A DNA stretch of 64,000 nucleotides from Octopus sinensis (GCF_006345805.1 NC_043014.1:33604001-33668000), one strand, 5' to 3'; shown: positions 27,100 to 40,860, numbered from the stretch's first letter. Made by a program: numbers and translations. The notes: generated by a model from the sequence alone, not told the origin.

Positions 27100-27437
27100 G
27101 GTAAAAAAAAAACCTTCAGTCACGAATGACCATGGGATTGCACCTAGAAAGTTCCACTCCGAGGCATAATTCTGGGCAAGGTTGTTTATGGAAGGCCAGC
27201 AGTCGCCCATACATACCAGTCTCACCTCTCCACGCCACCGATGTCGTCCAAGGGAAAGACAACGGCTGACACAGTTTGGTGCCAGTGACGTCGCAACTCA
27301 TTTCTACAGCTAGTGAACTGGAGTAACGTGAAACAACATTCCCTACTCAAGAACACAGCACACAGCCCAATCCGGGATTCGAACTTACAACCTCACGATT
27401 ATGAGCCTGACTCTCTAACCATTGAGCCATGCGCCTT
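27100..27437 (-). mobile_element. tRNA-derived SINE family D
   Basis: Minus-strand head GGCGCATGGCTCAATGGTTAGAG...CTCATAA...AGTTCGAATCC with A/B boxes, followed by a non-tRNA body. Confidence 0.75.
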
Positions 27438-27535
27438 CACATACATACATAGATAGTAAGATTTGTGGCTACACCATCACCAAAACCGAAGCATTTGCGG
27501 AATATATATATAATATGTGTGTGTGTGTGTGTGTG

Positions 27536-27574
<39 letters not shown>

Positions 27575-28097
27575 TATATATATATATATATATATCTTAT
27601 TATAAAAGGCAGATTTTATCTGCCTCCCTTTGGGAGTTATACAAATCTACAATATAGGATTTCTTCAATTACAATTACCTTGCATTTTTAAGAGTACAAT
27701 GCATCGCGTCATGCAGGTCCAGTTTTTAAAATTTAAACTCCAGTTAAGCAAAATTTACAGAAAACTCACATTCTGGTGTGTGTGTCAAATGCTTTTCTTA
27801 GTCTGGTTTACAGCACACGCAAACGCACACACACAGTGGGCAACGAATAAAATGAAAGTAATTGACTTACTGTAGTGAGTGATTCTTTCACTCTGCCTCC
27901 CACTTCCTCTTTCCACACAGACACGCAAATATATAAATAAAATTGTAAGCTAACGTGCGTGTGTGTGAGTGGGTGTGTGTGGGTGTGCGGTGTGGTGTGT
28001 TGTGGGTGCGTGTGGTGTGTGTGTGTGTGTGCGTGTGCGTGAGTGTGTGACAGGAAAGTTTTTTACGACGAATATAACACCTATATCCAGTAGCAGA

Positions 28098-28575
28098 AAG
28101 ATAAGACAGTAAGGTGTGATTTGAGGGAGATTTGGCTGCTATTTCTACCATGTCTAGCTGCCATGTAGGGGTCTCCCTCATAGGCTCATACATACATATA
28201 CATAGATAAGACAGTAAGGTGTGATTGGGGGAAATTTGGCTGCTATTTCTACAGGTCTAGCTGCCATGTAGGGGTCTCCCTCATAGGCTCATACATACTA
28301 TATACATAGATAAGACAGTAAGGTGTGATTTGGGGGAAATTTGGCTGCTATTTCTACCAGGTCTAGCTGCCATGTAGGGGTCTCCCTCATAGGCTCATAC
28401 ATACATATATACATAGATAAGACAGTAAGGTGTGGTTTGGGGGAAATTTGGCTGCTATTTCTACCAGGTCTAGCTACCATGTAGAGGTCCCCCTCATTGG
28501 CTCATATATATATATACATACATAAGACAGTAAGGTGTGATTTGAGGGAGATTTGGCTGCTGTTTCTACCAGGTT
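28098..28575. repeat. About 105-bp minisatellite, about 4.5 copies
   Basis: Unit GATAAGACAGTAAGGTGTGATTTGGGGGAAATTTGGCTGCTATTTCTACC...CTCATAGGCTCATACATA. Confidence 0.92.
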
Positions 28576-28941
28576 GTGTAGGCCTTCTCATGTAAACTCA
28601 AGCTTTCTCATGCCTTCAACATATGACCAAAGCAGAGAATGTATTCTTTTATTCTTCTGCTTTTTCCAGCCATTGGTCTGTGGCCATGCTGGGGCAATGC
28701 CTTGAAGAATTGTAGTTTAATGAATCAACTCTAGTTTTATTTTGTAAGCATTGTACTTATTCTATCTGTTTCCTTTGTCAAAACACTAGGTGACAGGGAT
28801 GTAAACAAACCAACATTCGTTGTCAAGCAGTGGTGGAGGACAATCACAAGCACAGACAAGCACACACACACACATACATGCATACACATATACACACATA
28901 CATACATACATACATATATATATATGTGTGTATATATATTA

Positions 28942-29198
28942 TTGCAGCGTGGAAGGTGTTTGTAAGCCATTTAAGAAACACACAAAAACCGTTACATTCA
29001 CTTCAACATTTAAATTTAATTTGCCAAAATATTTTCGTCGCTTTCAGACCGCGACCTGTTCACTGACAAAAATATCGTGCTAACAGGTCGCGGTCTCAAA
29101 GCGACGAAAATATTTTCACAAATTAAATTTAAATGTTGAAGTGAATCTAACGGTTTTTGTGTGTTCTTAATGGCTTATAAACACCTTCAACGCTGCAA
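28942..29198. repeat. Near-perfect inverted repeat, about 118-bp arms with a 21-nt loop
   Basis: 28942-29060 is the reverse complement of 29082-29198 with few mismatches. Confidence 0.92.
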
Positions 29199-29261
29199 CT
29201 GTTTTCGTTCCAGCACACGATCTCAGATCAAGTCACTTGCTATGCAAGTACATCTCTGTAA

Positions 29262-29307
<46 letters not shown>

Positions 29308-29369
29308 TGGTAAAAACAGTAAGATACAAAAAGAAAGAAAGAGACCTCAATATTATGTAAATAGAGGAA

Positions 29370-29757
29370 TCTTTATATAAAAGTGAGGTTGTGGTCTGTC
29401 TCCTACGATTTAGATTCCTAAAGACTCCCACATTTTGTGGTGCAGTTTAACCAAAACCGGGTATCTTATAGTCGTGATTCATATCGAGACCGTCTGGGTA
29501 TTAGCGCGCGTCTACGATGAGTCTACGATTTAAAAAAAAATTTACCATCAATTTTTCCCATTTTAATCCATTTTTGACATATATAAGGGAAGTAACTCTC
29601 TAAAATTTATTATTAAATCTCAGAACGTAAAAAGCTACAGTAACACCCCTCCCCCTTTGTGGTTAGCCATATTGAGATGGCTATATACTTTACATCTCTA
29701 AAAATGCTTATATAATTATTCCCTACAAACCCGAGCAACGCCGGGCGATACTGCTAG
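29370..29757 (+). mobile_element. Short non-autonomous Helitron (module Y)
   Basis: 5' A^TC start, 3' hairpin plus CTAG^T. Further copies at 30926-31305, 32871-33264, 34587-35224 and 44097-44581 (minus). Confidence 0.85.
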
Positions 29758-31986
29758 TCTCTTATATAAAAGGCAGATTTTATCTGCCTCCCTTTGGGAG
29801 TTATACAAATCTACAATATAGGATTTCTTCAATTACAATTTACCTAGCAGTTTTAAGAGTACAATGCATCGCGTCATGCCAGGTCCAGTTTTTAAAATTT
29901 AAACTCCAATTAAGCAAAATTTACAGAAAACTCACATTCTGGTGTGTGTGTCAAATGCTTTTCTTAGTCTTGTTTACACCACACGCAAACGCACACACAC
30001 AGTGGGCAACGAATAAAATGAAAGTAAATAGCGACAGAGTGATTGATTTGAGGAAGACTAAACTGAAAGTGTTTAAACCACTACTCAAAAAATAAAAAAA
30101 AACACAGCAAACAGAAACAAATAAATACATAACCATTTAATCCTCACACAACGTCTTCAATTAGAATTTACCTAAGATTTTTCAAAGTACTCCATTCGCT
30201 CATGCCATAATATATTTCTTTCAATCTCCCCCAATTAAGACAAAATTCGAGAAAACTCAATATTTTAACATATCACTCCGAAAGCATTGATGTACATGTG
30301 TGCGTGCGAGAGTGTGTGTGTGTCATTCCTCACACACACGCATACACATACATATACAACTACATACAACTACATACACATAAAACACATACAAACACGT
30401 GTGTGTTTGTTATTAGTAAAAAAGGCGCAAAAAACACAACTCACTTATCATTCCAACACATTTGCAAAGACACACGGAGGACAGAAAAGGTAAATTGGTT
30501 TTTATTTTACTCTGTATATATTTTATTATATAATATTATATATAGATATATGTATATATAATTGCAGTATGAAACAGTGTTATGTATAAACAGACGACAC
30601 TTATATATAGTTACCAAGCGCCCGAATTTACCTATTCATATTTAAATGAGAATATCAGAGCAAATCTCTTTAGTACATCGTGAAAAACACGTATTATACT
30701 TCGTAAACACTTCAAATACAGTTTTGTACAAAAATCGAAGTGTAATTTTAATTCCGTGAATTATGGGAGATTTTTTTCCGAAATTGTTCCTATGTGTTTT
30801 CAAAATTTTTAATTCTGACAAAAAATGGATACGAATTTCATTATATCAAGCAGCGAGTCAGAATTCGAAGGATTTTCTACTGAAGACCTTCATAAATCTA
30901 ACTCTATGACTGAAAAAAATAAGCATCTTTATATAAGAGTGAAGTTGTGTGTCTGTCTCCTACGATTTAGATTCCTAACTACTCCCACATTTTGCGGTGC
31001 AGTTAAACAAAAGCGGGTATCTTATAGTCGTGATTCATATCGAGACCCTTCTGGGTATTAGCGTGCGTCTACGATGAGTCTACGATTTAAAAAAAAATAC
31101 CATCATATTTTTCCATTTTAATGCATTTTTTTCGCTTTTATATAAGGGAAGTACTCTCTAAAAATATCTACGATGTGTCAACGATTTAAAAAATATTTAC
31201 CTTAATTTTTTTTCAATTTTAATGCATTTTTTGGCTAAACTCTCTAAAAATGCTTATATAGTTATTTCCCTTACAAACCCGAGCAACGCCGGGCGATACT
31301 GCTAGTCTATTATAAAAGGCAGATTTTATCTGCCTCCCTTTGGGAGTTATACAAATCTACAATATAGGATTTCTTCAATTACAATTTACCTAGCATTTTT
31401 AAGAGATACAGTGCATCGCGTCATGCCAGGTCCAGTTTTTAAAATTTAAACTCCAATTAAGCAAAATTTACAGAAAACTCACATTCTGGTGTGTGTGTCA
31501 AATGCTTTTTTTAGTCTGGTTTACAGCACACGCAAACGCACACACACAGTGTGCAATGAATAAACTGAAACTAATTCACTGTGTGTGGACAGGTAGAAAA
31601 TAGAATGCGATGGCGATGGCTATGGCGATGGCGATGGAGATGGCGATGGCGATGGCTATGGCGATGGCGATGTAATATATTTGTTTCTCTCTATGACGCC
31701 TCATAAAAGCATTGATGTACATGTGTGCGTGCGTGAGTGTGTGTGTGTCATTCCTCACACACAGCATACACATACATATATGAGAGTGGCAAACACAAAA
31801 GTTTAAACAACTACATACAAACACGTGTGTGTTTTGGTATTAGGTAAAAAAAGGCGCCAAATCACAACTCACTTATCATTCCAACACATTTGCAAAGACA
31901 CACGGACGTTCGAATAACAATACAGAAAAGGTAAATTAGTTTTATTTTACTCTGTATATAAAACCGACGAAAAAAATTTTGGTTAA

Positions 31987-32758
31987 TGTGACCAAGCCGC
32001 CGAATTTACCTATTCATATTTAAATGAGAATATCAGAGTAAATCTCTTTAGAACATTCGTGAAAACACGTATATATTTCGTAAACAGTTCAACTACAGTT
32101 TTGTAACAAAAATCGAAGTGTAATTTTAATTCCGAAGTATTGGGAGATTTTTTTCCGAAATTTGTTCCTATGGTGTTTCAAAATTTTTAATTCTGACAAA
32201 AAATGGATACGAATTCATTATATCAAGCAGCGAGTCAGAATTCGAAGGATTTTCTACTGAAGACCTCATAAATCTAACTCTATGACTGAAAAAAAAAAGC
32301 ATGTGGTATTGATCTCAACCTAAACAAAGCGAAAGAAACGATAGTTGTTATTTCCACATACCTTAAATGAAATAAGGCCTATTTTGCAATAAATATTATT
32401 ATGGGTATTAGAAAGTTACCCAGAATAACAAATCTATCGTAAAATTTTGTTGTATACCAATTGAATATTAGCTAATAACCCATTTTCTATAGCGATGTTT
32501 GAACAAAATTTTAATAATTTTATATATTGTTGAATTTACCTGTATCTACCTGCAATTAGAGTCAATTTGTGACAAAAATTATAGTATAGAATTGGTTGAG
32601 AACATTTCACTAGATTATCTTCCAAAAATCAGATTAATGTATTCATAAATAAAAAGTTATAGTTGTTTAATGAAATCAGACTAAATTTATGATTACGTTA
32701 GAAATTAATTGAAACACATAAGGGGTGTATTTTGGTCAGAAATATAGTAACGAAAGGG
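31987..32758 (+). mobile_element. piggyBac-like non-autonomous element
   Basis: Right end GTAACGAAAGGG-TTAA (32759-62), eroded left end after TTAA (31983-86), acidic SSSESEFEGF peptide. A truncated copy lies at about 30610-30925. Confidence 0.55.
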
Positions 32759-34140
32759 TTAAGAAAAACCAAAAAATATTTTATTCTTTGTAAATGTTGT
32801 GTTCAAAATAACATTTTCTTTTAAGAATGTGTATATAACAAAGTATGTGTATATAACTACGTGGCTTATATCTTTATATATAAGAGTGAAGTTGTGTGTC
32901 TGTCTCCTACGATTTAGATTCGTAACTACTCCCACATTTTGCGGTGTAGTTTAACCAAAAGCGGGTATCTTATAGTCGTGATTCATATCGAGCCCTTCTG
33001 GGTATTAGCGCGCGTCTACGATGAGTCTACGATTTTAAAAAAATTTACCATCATTTTTCCATTTTAAAGCATATTTTCGTTATTATATAAGGGAAGTAAC
33101 TCTCTAAAAATATCTACGATGTGTCAACGATTTAAAAAAAAATTACCGTAATTTTTTTTCAATTTTTAATGCATTTTTTTGCTATTTTTTGGCTATAACT
33201 CTCTAAAAATGCTTATATAGTTATTTCCCTTACAAACCCGAGCAACGCCGGGCGATACTGCTAGTCTTATTATAAAAGGCAGATTTTATCTGCCTCCCTT
33301 TGGGAGTTATACAAATCTACAATATAGGATTTCTTCAATTACAATTTACCTAGCATTTTTGAGAGTACAATGCATCGCGTCATGCCAGGTCCAGTTTTTT
33401 TAAAATTTAAACTCCAATTAAGCAAAATTACAGAAAACTCACATTCTGGTGTGTGTGTCAAATGCTTTTCTAGTTGGTTACACCACACGCAAACGCACAC
33501 ACACAGTGGGCAACCAATAAAGTGAAACTAGATGTATATTTGTTTCTCTCTATCACGCTGATAGATACATGAGTAAAATGTATGGGAAGCTAACACATAA
33601 GAGTGAGTGAAAATGTTCTTGGAAGAGAGTAAATAGCCAGAGATAGTGATTTGAGGAAGACTTTACATGAAATAACCGTAGTGGCTTGTGTTAGTAATAA
33701 AGAAAACATAAACTCATACATACATACATACATACATACATACATACATACATACATACACACACACACACCATACAAACACACATACATACATAACACA
33801 CATACATACATACACCACACATACATACATACATATACATACATACATCTACATTACATACATACAAACACACCACACACATACACACTCACACAAGTAT
33901 TGAAGCTTGAGAACAATCAGATACATTTGCAACACATCTGTTGAAAAATTATTGTTCCCACACATACAATACATATATACATACAGACACGACAGATAGA
34001 CACACACACACACCACACATGATCCAGCATGGCCACAACCTCAAGGCTGAAACATATAAAGAATAACAGAAATAAATGTGTGCATGTGTGTGAGAGAGAG
34101 AGTGTGTGTATGTAATGTATGTATGTATGTATATATATAT

Positions 34141-34560
34141 AATAATGCGGTGTTTTTTCAACAGCTTGAACTAAAAGTCAGAGGGGAATGGGATAAACTA
34201 CTTATATTAACTTGCTATAAAAGCAGGTAGTAATTTTATCTTGTCCTTATTCATAGTGCAAGTTTTGAAGAGTGCATTTCGATTTTAACAGCTATTTTTT
34301 TCAAAGCTATATTGGAACAGCTAGAAGACGAGCCTCATCTGAAAGATCTGTAGAACTCGACAAGGACATCCTAAAACCTGGTGGAACAAAATCTCATCGT
34401 ACTGTTGAGGAACTAGCAGAGAAGCTTGGATTTGGTATTCAACCATTCATTGAGACCTGTGTGCTATCGGAAAAGTCAGCAATTGGGTCAATGGGTTCCT
34501 CACGAAACTTTCCGAGTCTAATTGCATGCAGAGAGTGAATGTATGCTTTTCTTGCTGTCA
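34141..34560 (+). mobile_element. mariner internal-deletion derivative (same family as 392-862)
   Basis: Shares the 5' UTR and the VEELAEKLGFG segment with the first copy; retains QWVPHE (WVPHEL motif) at about 34489-34506. Confidence 0.8.
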
Positions 34561-35247
34561 CATTCACCACTACTGCGCTATGTATATCTATATATAGAAA
34601 ACTGTAGTTGTGTGAGTGTCTGTCCCTTCGATTAGATTCCTAACTACTCCCACATTTTGCGGTTGCAGTTTAAACCAAATTCGGGTAGCTATAGTCGTGA
34701 TTCATATCGAGCCCGTCTGAGTATTAGCGCGCGTCTACGATGAGTCTACGATTTTAAAAATAATTTAACATCATTTTTTATTCCATTTTAATGCATAATT
34801 TTTCGTGTGTCGATGGCGGCGGAGTTGGCATCAACGCTCAACCTGCAACCTGTGGGAAGGGAGTGCAAGGAAATCAACGTCGTAATGCGTTGTCAAGGAG
34901 ACCAGCGTTCTTTTAGAACAACGACTTCATGGCTTGAAGACACAAAAACAGAAATGGCTAAGAAAGCGTCTACATGAGTCTACGATTTAAAAAAAAATTT
35001 ACCATCGTTTTTTTTTCCATTTTAATGCATTTTTTTGCTATTATATAAGGGAAGTAAACTCTCTAAAAATGTCTACGATGAGTCAACGATTTTTTCAAAA
35101 AATTTTCATCATATTTTTTCCATTTTTAATGCATTTTTTTGCTATTTTTTGGCTATAACTCTCTAAAAATGCTTATATAGTTATTTCCCTTACAAACCCG
35201 AGCAACGCCGGGCGATACTGCTAGTATATATATATATATGTGTGTTG

Positions 35248-35280
<33 letters not shown>

Positions 35281-35702
35281 ATATATGCACATGCATAAGA
35301 ACTTGAGTCTCCCTCAGTTTCGACGACAAGTATTCCATTTGAGTATTCGGGATACAGAACTACCCACCCACTCATTGGATTATCATGTAACTAGCCGTGT
35401 GTTGCACAACACTATGTACCTTTAACGCAATACTCAGACACAATCTGCGTGACACAGTGTATGACAAGGCTTGTACTTTGAATTTGAGGTACAACCACCT
35501 CGACGGCTTTCGATACAATTTCATTGATCTAGTTTCCTTTGGATTAACACAAAGCTTAGCCAAAAGCACTTAAACATAAAACCTCACAGCGGGATTGAAC
35601 TCAGAGCCTAATGGTGGCGGAGCGGATTTAAGTACTCAGCCATGCTTCTGTATTCTTATCCGTATTGCCATACACTCATACATACATGCATACATACATA
35701 CA

Positions 35703-35734
<32 letters not shown>

Positions 35735-36583
35735 CATACATACATAATACATACATACATACATACATACATACATACATACATAACATACATACATACA
35801 TACATACATGCAAGCATGCGTACATACATACATACATACATAATACATACATACATACATAACATACATACACACATACATACATACATGAATGCAAGCA
35901 TACATACATACATACATACAAACATACATACATACATACATACATACATACAAACATACATACATACATACATACATACATGCAAGCATGCGTACATACA
36001 TACATTCATACATACATACATACATACATGCATACATACATACCATACATACATGAATGCAAGCATACGTACATACATACATACATACATGCAAGCATGC
36101 GTACATACATACATGACTATATACACACTCACATAAAGCATATCTATACACCCATACACACGCTTGCCGCACTTCGTTACCGTGTTGTTTATATCAAATA
36201 GCCGTGATATTTACCGATGAAAGAGGCGACACCCACTGAGAGCATCCACCACCACCGCCATCATCATGATTACCAACACCACCACCTCTTCTATACACTA
36301 CACCCTTCCATCATATACTTATATACGTGTACACACACGCACACTCTTTTGCATGCATACATACATACACACATACATACATACAGTTATATCTATATGG
36401 ATGTATTTATGTATATATTGCATGCATGTACGTATATATAAATACGAATACATGTGTGTATATATATATATACATATATACATATATATGTATATAGGTG
36501 TATATGTATATATATAAATACATATGTATATGGGTATATATATGTACACACACATATATATATATATGTGTGTGTACATATGT

Positions 36584-36627
<44 letters not shown>

Positions 36628-36967
36628 ACGTATATGTATACGTGTGTATATATATAAACATACTTTTATATATATATATGTACACATATGCATGTATATA
36701 TATATAACACATATATATACACACATATATAAATATATGTGCGTGTATATATATGTGTGTGTATATATATATGTGTGTATATATATATGTGTGTGTATAT
36801 GCATATATGTATGTATGTATGTATCTATGTATGTATGTATGTATGTATGTATGTATGTATGTATGTATGTACATGTACCTCTACATGTGCGAGCATTCTC
36901 ACACTGGCCTTCAAATCTTTCCGAGTAGAAGAGTTCAAGTAGACGAGTGTAGTCCTTCTACACACAT

Positions 36968-37150
36968 CAGTGGAGGCGCAATGGCCCAGTGGTCTGGGCA
37001 GCGGACTCGCCGTCGTAAGAACGCGGTTTCGATTCCCAGACCTGGCATTGTGAGTGTTTATTGAGCAAAAACACCTAAGCTCCACGAGGCTCCGGCGGGG
37101 GTTGTGGTGAACCCCACCGTATTCTTTCACCACAACTTTCTCTCATTCTT
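36968..37150 (+). mobile_element. SINE family C head and body
   Basis: GGAGGCGCAATGGCCCAGTGG...GGTTTCGATTCCCAGACC, as at 10468. Confidence 0.82.
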
Positions 37151-37655
37151 TCTTCCTACTTCTGCCACAAAGCAGAGGAACCATGGTGTGGTAAACTTTC
37201 AGACCCTAGTCTAGATTGTGAACCCTCTGTATTCCAGGATGGTTCAGCTCTCCACCCGTTAAAATCCACCGTTTACGGAATGAGGATAACAACGTAGCTT
37301 TCACGCCCGTTTAACCGCCAGTCTATCGCGTGTGGCGATGGATCTTCAAGTTGCCACATGCATTTTAAGTAGCTTAGAGTAGGCTCGAATTAGAGATTAT
37401 TCTTTGTGGCTAATGGCGTGAGTCCTGATTGGAAGAAGAAGAAGAAGAAGAAAAGAAGAAGAAGAAGAAGAAGAAGAAGAAGAAGAAGAAGAAGAAGAAG
37501 AGAAGAAGAAGAAGAAGAAGAAGGAGGAGGAGGAGGAGGAGAGGAGGAGGAGGAGGGGGAGGAGAGGAGCAGGAGACAACAACAACAGAAACAGCATCAA
37601 CAACGTTGCAATACAACAGTTTTCAGTTCTTAACAGTGTTGCAATTTCAACACTA

Positions 37656-37839
37656 CGAGTGGCTGCTGAAAAGTTCCTGGCTTTGGGTAAAAAAAATACT
37701 GGAGGACCAGCTTATTCAATATATTCCTCTCTCAGATTCATCAGCTTTTCTAAGCCATGTAAAAGAACTCAGCAGGTCGTTCTTCCAAAAGGAACATTCG
37801 CGATGCCATTAAAGCCAGGAACTTTTCAGCAACACCTTG
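37656..37839. mobile_element. mariner-type MITE
   Basis: About 29-bp TIRs (C(G/A)AG..G.TGCTGAAAAGTTCCTGGCTTT) flanked by TA at 37654-55 and 37840-41; 184 bp, non-coding. Confidence 0.85.
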
Positions 37840-37884
37840 TATGTATGTATGTATGTATGTATGCATGTATGTATGTATGTATGT

Positions 37885-37924
<40 letters not shown>

Positions 37925-38488
37925 ATGTATGTGTGTGTATGTATGTATGTATGTATGTATGTATGTATGCGTGTGTGTGTGTGTATGTATGCATGTATGT
38001 GTGTATGTGTGTATGTATGTATGTATGTATGTATGTATGTATGTATGTATGTATGTATGTAGGGGAATATTCTTTTATGTTGCATGTCTCGCTTCTCTCG
38101 GTTTTTTTAGTTCGAAAAATGTTCGTTTTCTGTTTTTGTTATGTTTTCGTTTCTCATTGTGTTCAACATTTTTTTATGTCCTATACCCATATATGCATGT
38201 ATATATACATATACATATATAGGTATGTACATATATGTATGTATATATGCATATATTTATATATTATTTATATTATAATACAAAATAAGAAAATGGAGGA
38301 ATAGATTTAGGAACAATCATCAACTACTAGATAATACTAATTCATATAATTTATTAACTAATTATTTAGGAACATCCAGATCAAACAGAATAATACCGAA
38401 TAAAACAGTACACACACTCATAACCCCTATCTCACTTTGTAATTATTTATATTATATATATATAATATATATATACATACATACAAAC

Positions 38489-38550
<62 letters not shown>

Positions 38551-38553
<3 letters not shown>

Positions 38554-38930
38554 TGACACTGCGCCGGTTACGACGACAAGGGTTCCAGCTGATATGATCA
38601 ACGGATCAGCCTGCCCGTGAAATTAGCGTGCAAGTGGCTGAGCCCTCCACTGACACGTGTAACCTTAACGTACTTCTCGGGGAGATTCAGCATGACACAG
38701 AGTGTGACAAAACTGACCTCTTTGTAATACAGGTACAACAGAAACAGGAAAAAACAGTGAGTGAAAGTTGTGGCGAAAGAATACAGCAGTGTTCGCCACC
38801 ACCCCCAGCCGGAGCCTCGTGGAGTTTTATGTGTTTTCGCTCAATAAAAACTTACAACGCCCGGTCTGGGAATCGAAACCACGATCCTACGACCACCAAT
38901 CCGGTGCCTAACCACTGGGCCATTGCGCCT

Positions 38931-38935
<5 letters not shown>
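38551..38935 (-). mobile_element. SINE family C head with an alternative longer tail
   Basis: Head identical in type to 10468, with a different 3' region; a diverged relative lies at about 35310-35645. Confidence 0.75.
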
Positions 38936-38982
<47 letters not shown>

Positions 38983-39639
38983 CCAATAAATAACTAGGAT
39001 GTCAATGCATTAATGCAATACGGTCGTCTCAGCGGCTCCATCTAGTTGAACAAATCAAGCATTACATCAATGTGAAATACAGCGCCATCTTCAGTTGCAG
39101 ACATACAGATTTTCAACAAACAGGATATTCTTTTATAATTTTTAGCAAATATTTCATTAGAACTAGAGAATTAAAGAATTACATGCTGCTACTATTGTAG
39201 CAGAAATAAACGAAGAGAGAGAATAACTACAATTTTGGAATGGCAGAATTAGATCACAGTGGTGGTCATGGGATTGTAATTTATTTCCAATTTTTATCTA
39301 TCTCCTTATCATCATCAAAAGATCTAATGCAGCTAGTATGCTGCGTTTATTGAGAATTAAGACCACTAGGAGTTGACAGTTCAGATCTAACTGCTGGTCA
39401 AAAATATTATTAGATGTTCTCCCACACCTTAATTCCCTATGGTAGAAAATTCCTTAACCACATAAAGAAACAAATCTCAGAAGGAGTCAATTAGATAGTG
39501 GTAAATGCCCAGAAAAAAAGTAGGATAGGGGTGACGTTATCTCTTTTATTATTATCAATTAAAGGGGTCTACACTAGAAAACATGGGACGCTACAATGAG
39601 ATCTCGATTGGCATTAAGGGCACAGAAGGGAAAACGATA

Positions 39640-40039
39640 TACTCTTTTACTTGTTTCAGTCATTTGACTGCGGCCATGCTGGAGCACCGCTTTTAGTCGA
39701 GCAAATCGACCCCGAAAATTATTCTTTGTAAGCCCAGTACTCATTCTGTCGGTCTCTTTTGCCGAACCGCCAAGTGACGGGGACGCAAACACACCAGCAT
39801 CGGTTGTCAAGCGATGCTAGGGGGACAAACACAGATACACAAACATACACACACACATAAATACATACATATATACGACAGGCTTCTTTCAGTTTCCGTC
39901 TACCGAATCCACTCACAAGGCATTGGTCGGCCCGAGGCTATAGCAGAAGACACTTGCCCAAGGTGCCATGCAGTGGGACTGAACCCGGAACCATGTGGTT
40001 GGTAAGCCAGCTACTTATCACACAGCCACTCCTGTGCCT
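39640..40039 (-). mobile_element. SINE family B
   Basis: Full-length homologue; a partial 3' half also lies at about 44940-45175. Confidence 0.87.
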
Positions 40040-40199
40040 ATATGATCAAAGTTTAGTAAAATCTATGTAATATATTTTCTATAATAAATTTAGAAAGAGA
40101 TATAAGTACCAGGTAAGATAAGAAGGATATATAGACCAATTGAAGCACTAAAAAAGAAAATTACTTTTATATAAAAGTTTCATAATACTCCTGTCGTTC

Positions 40200-40860
40200 T
40201 TTAGCCGTGTGATGTGGCCAGCCCTTCTATATTTGTTCTCTTTGATGGTTCCTATGGTGTCGTTGACTCTTGTGTGCTGTTGAATTCAGGTGTTGGCTTT
40301 CTTGCTCAGCGGTATGATGCTGAAGATGATTCGTTTGGGTCACGATGAGGGTGTTCGTGATTGTAATGTCGAGAGCCCTGTTTCAATGCCGTAAATCATC
40401 ACTATCAGGATGTACTCGTTGAAAATCTTTCTTTTAATTTTCATGGAAACCTTGGAACTTCTAATGAGTTTTCCCACCTTCCCAAAGGCCAGCCAACGAA
40501 GTGCAAATCTTCTCTTGACTTCCGGTAAGAGATTTCCGTCTTCGGTCACCATCTTTCCGAGGTAAAGTACCTGTCTACCTGTTCTACAGCTTTGACGTTT
40601 ATGGTGACGGACGCTGGCAGCGTGCCTGTTGAATATGACCTTCATTTTTCCAAGGTTTATGTTGAGGCCGACAAGTTGGCTTGTAGTGTGGATATAAGTG
40701 AGTATTTCGTCCAGTTCTTTAGATTTATGAGCTGTTAAGGCGATATCATCTGGTGGCATACTTGTTCTCCGTTAATGTTGATGTCTTTCCTTTCTCATTG
40801 GATTTTGTTGACAACAGCGTCTTGCAGGCACGATGTCACCAACAAAGTTGTGTTTTGTTG
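40200..40860 (-). mobile_element. RTE LINE RT C-terminal fragment
   Basis: DDIALTA...GLNINLGKMKV...YLGKMV...EVKRR...AFGK...KRKIFNEYIL.VMIYG.ET. Confidence 0.82.

Larger units (their letters stand above)
27595..35224 (+). mobile_element. Head-to-tail array of four composite non-autonomous Helitrons
   Basis: Units start TC(T)TATTATAAAAGGCAG (27595, 29758, 31306, 33265) and end with hairpin CCCGAGCAACGCCGGG plus CGATACTGCTAG (29757, 31305, 33264, 35224). Confidence 0.8.

Noticed and set aside
27370-27437. tRNA-Met-like sequence (CTCATAA loop) and other tRNA-like heads
   Set aside because: The acceptor and anticodon stems do not close properly and each head runs into a SINE body, so they are called as SINEs rather than tRNA genes.
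28098-28575. Regular repeats as a possible CRISPR-like array (also the SINE A multimers)
   Set aside because: The units are contiguous with no unique spacers, there are no cas genes, and the context is eukaryotic.
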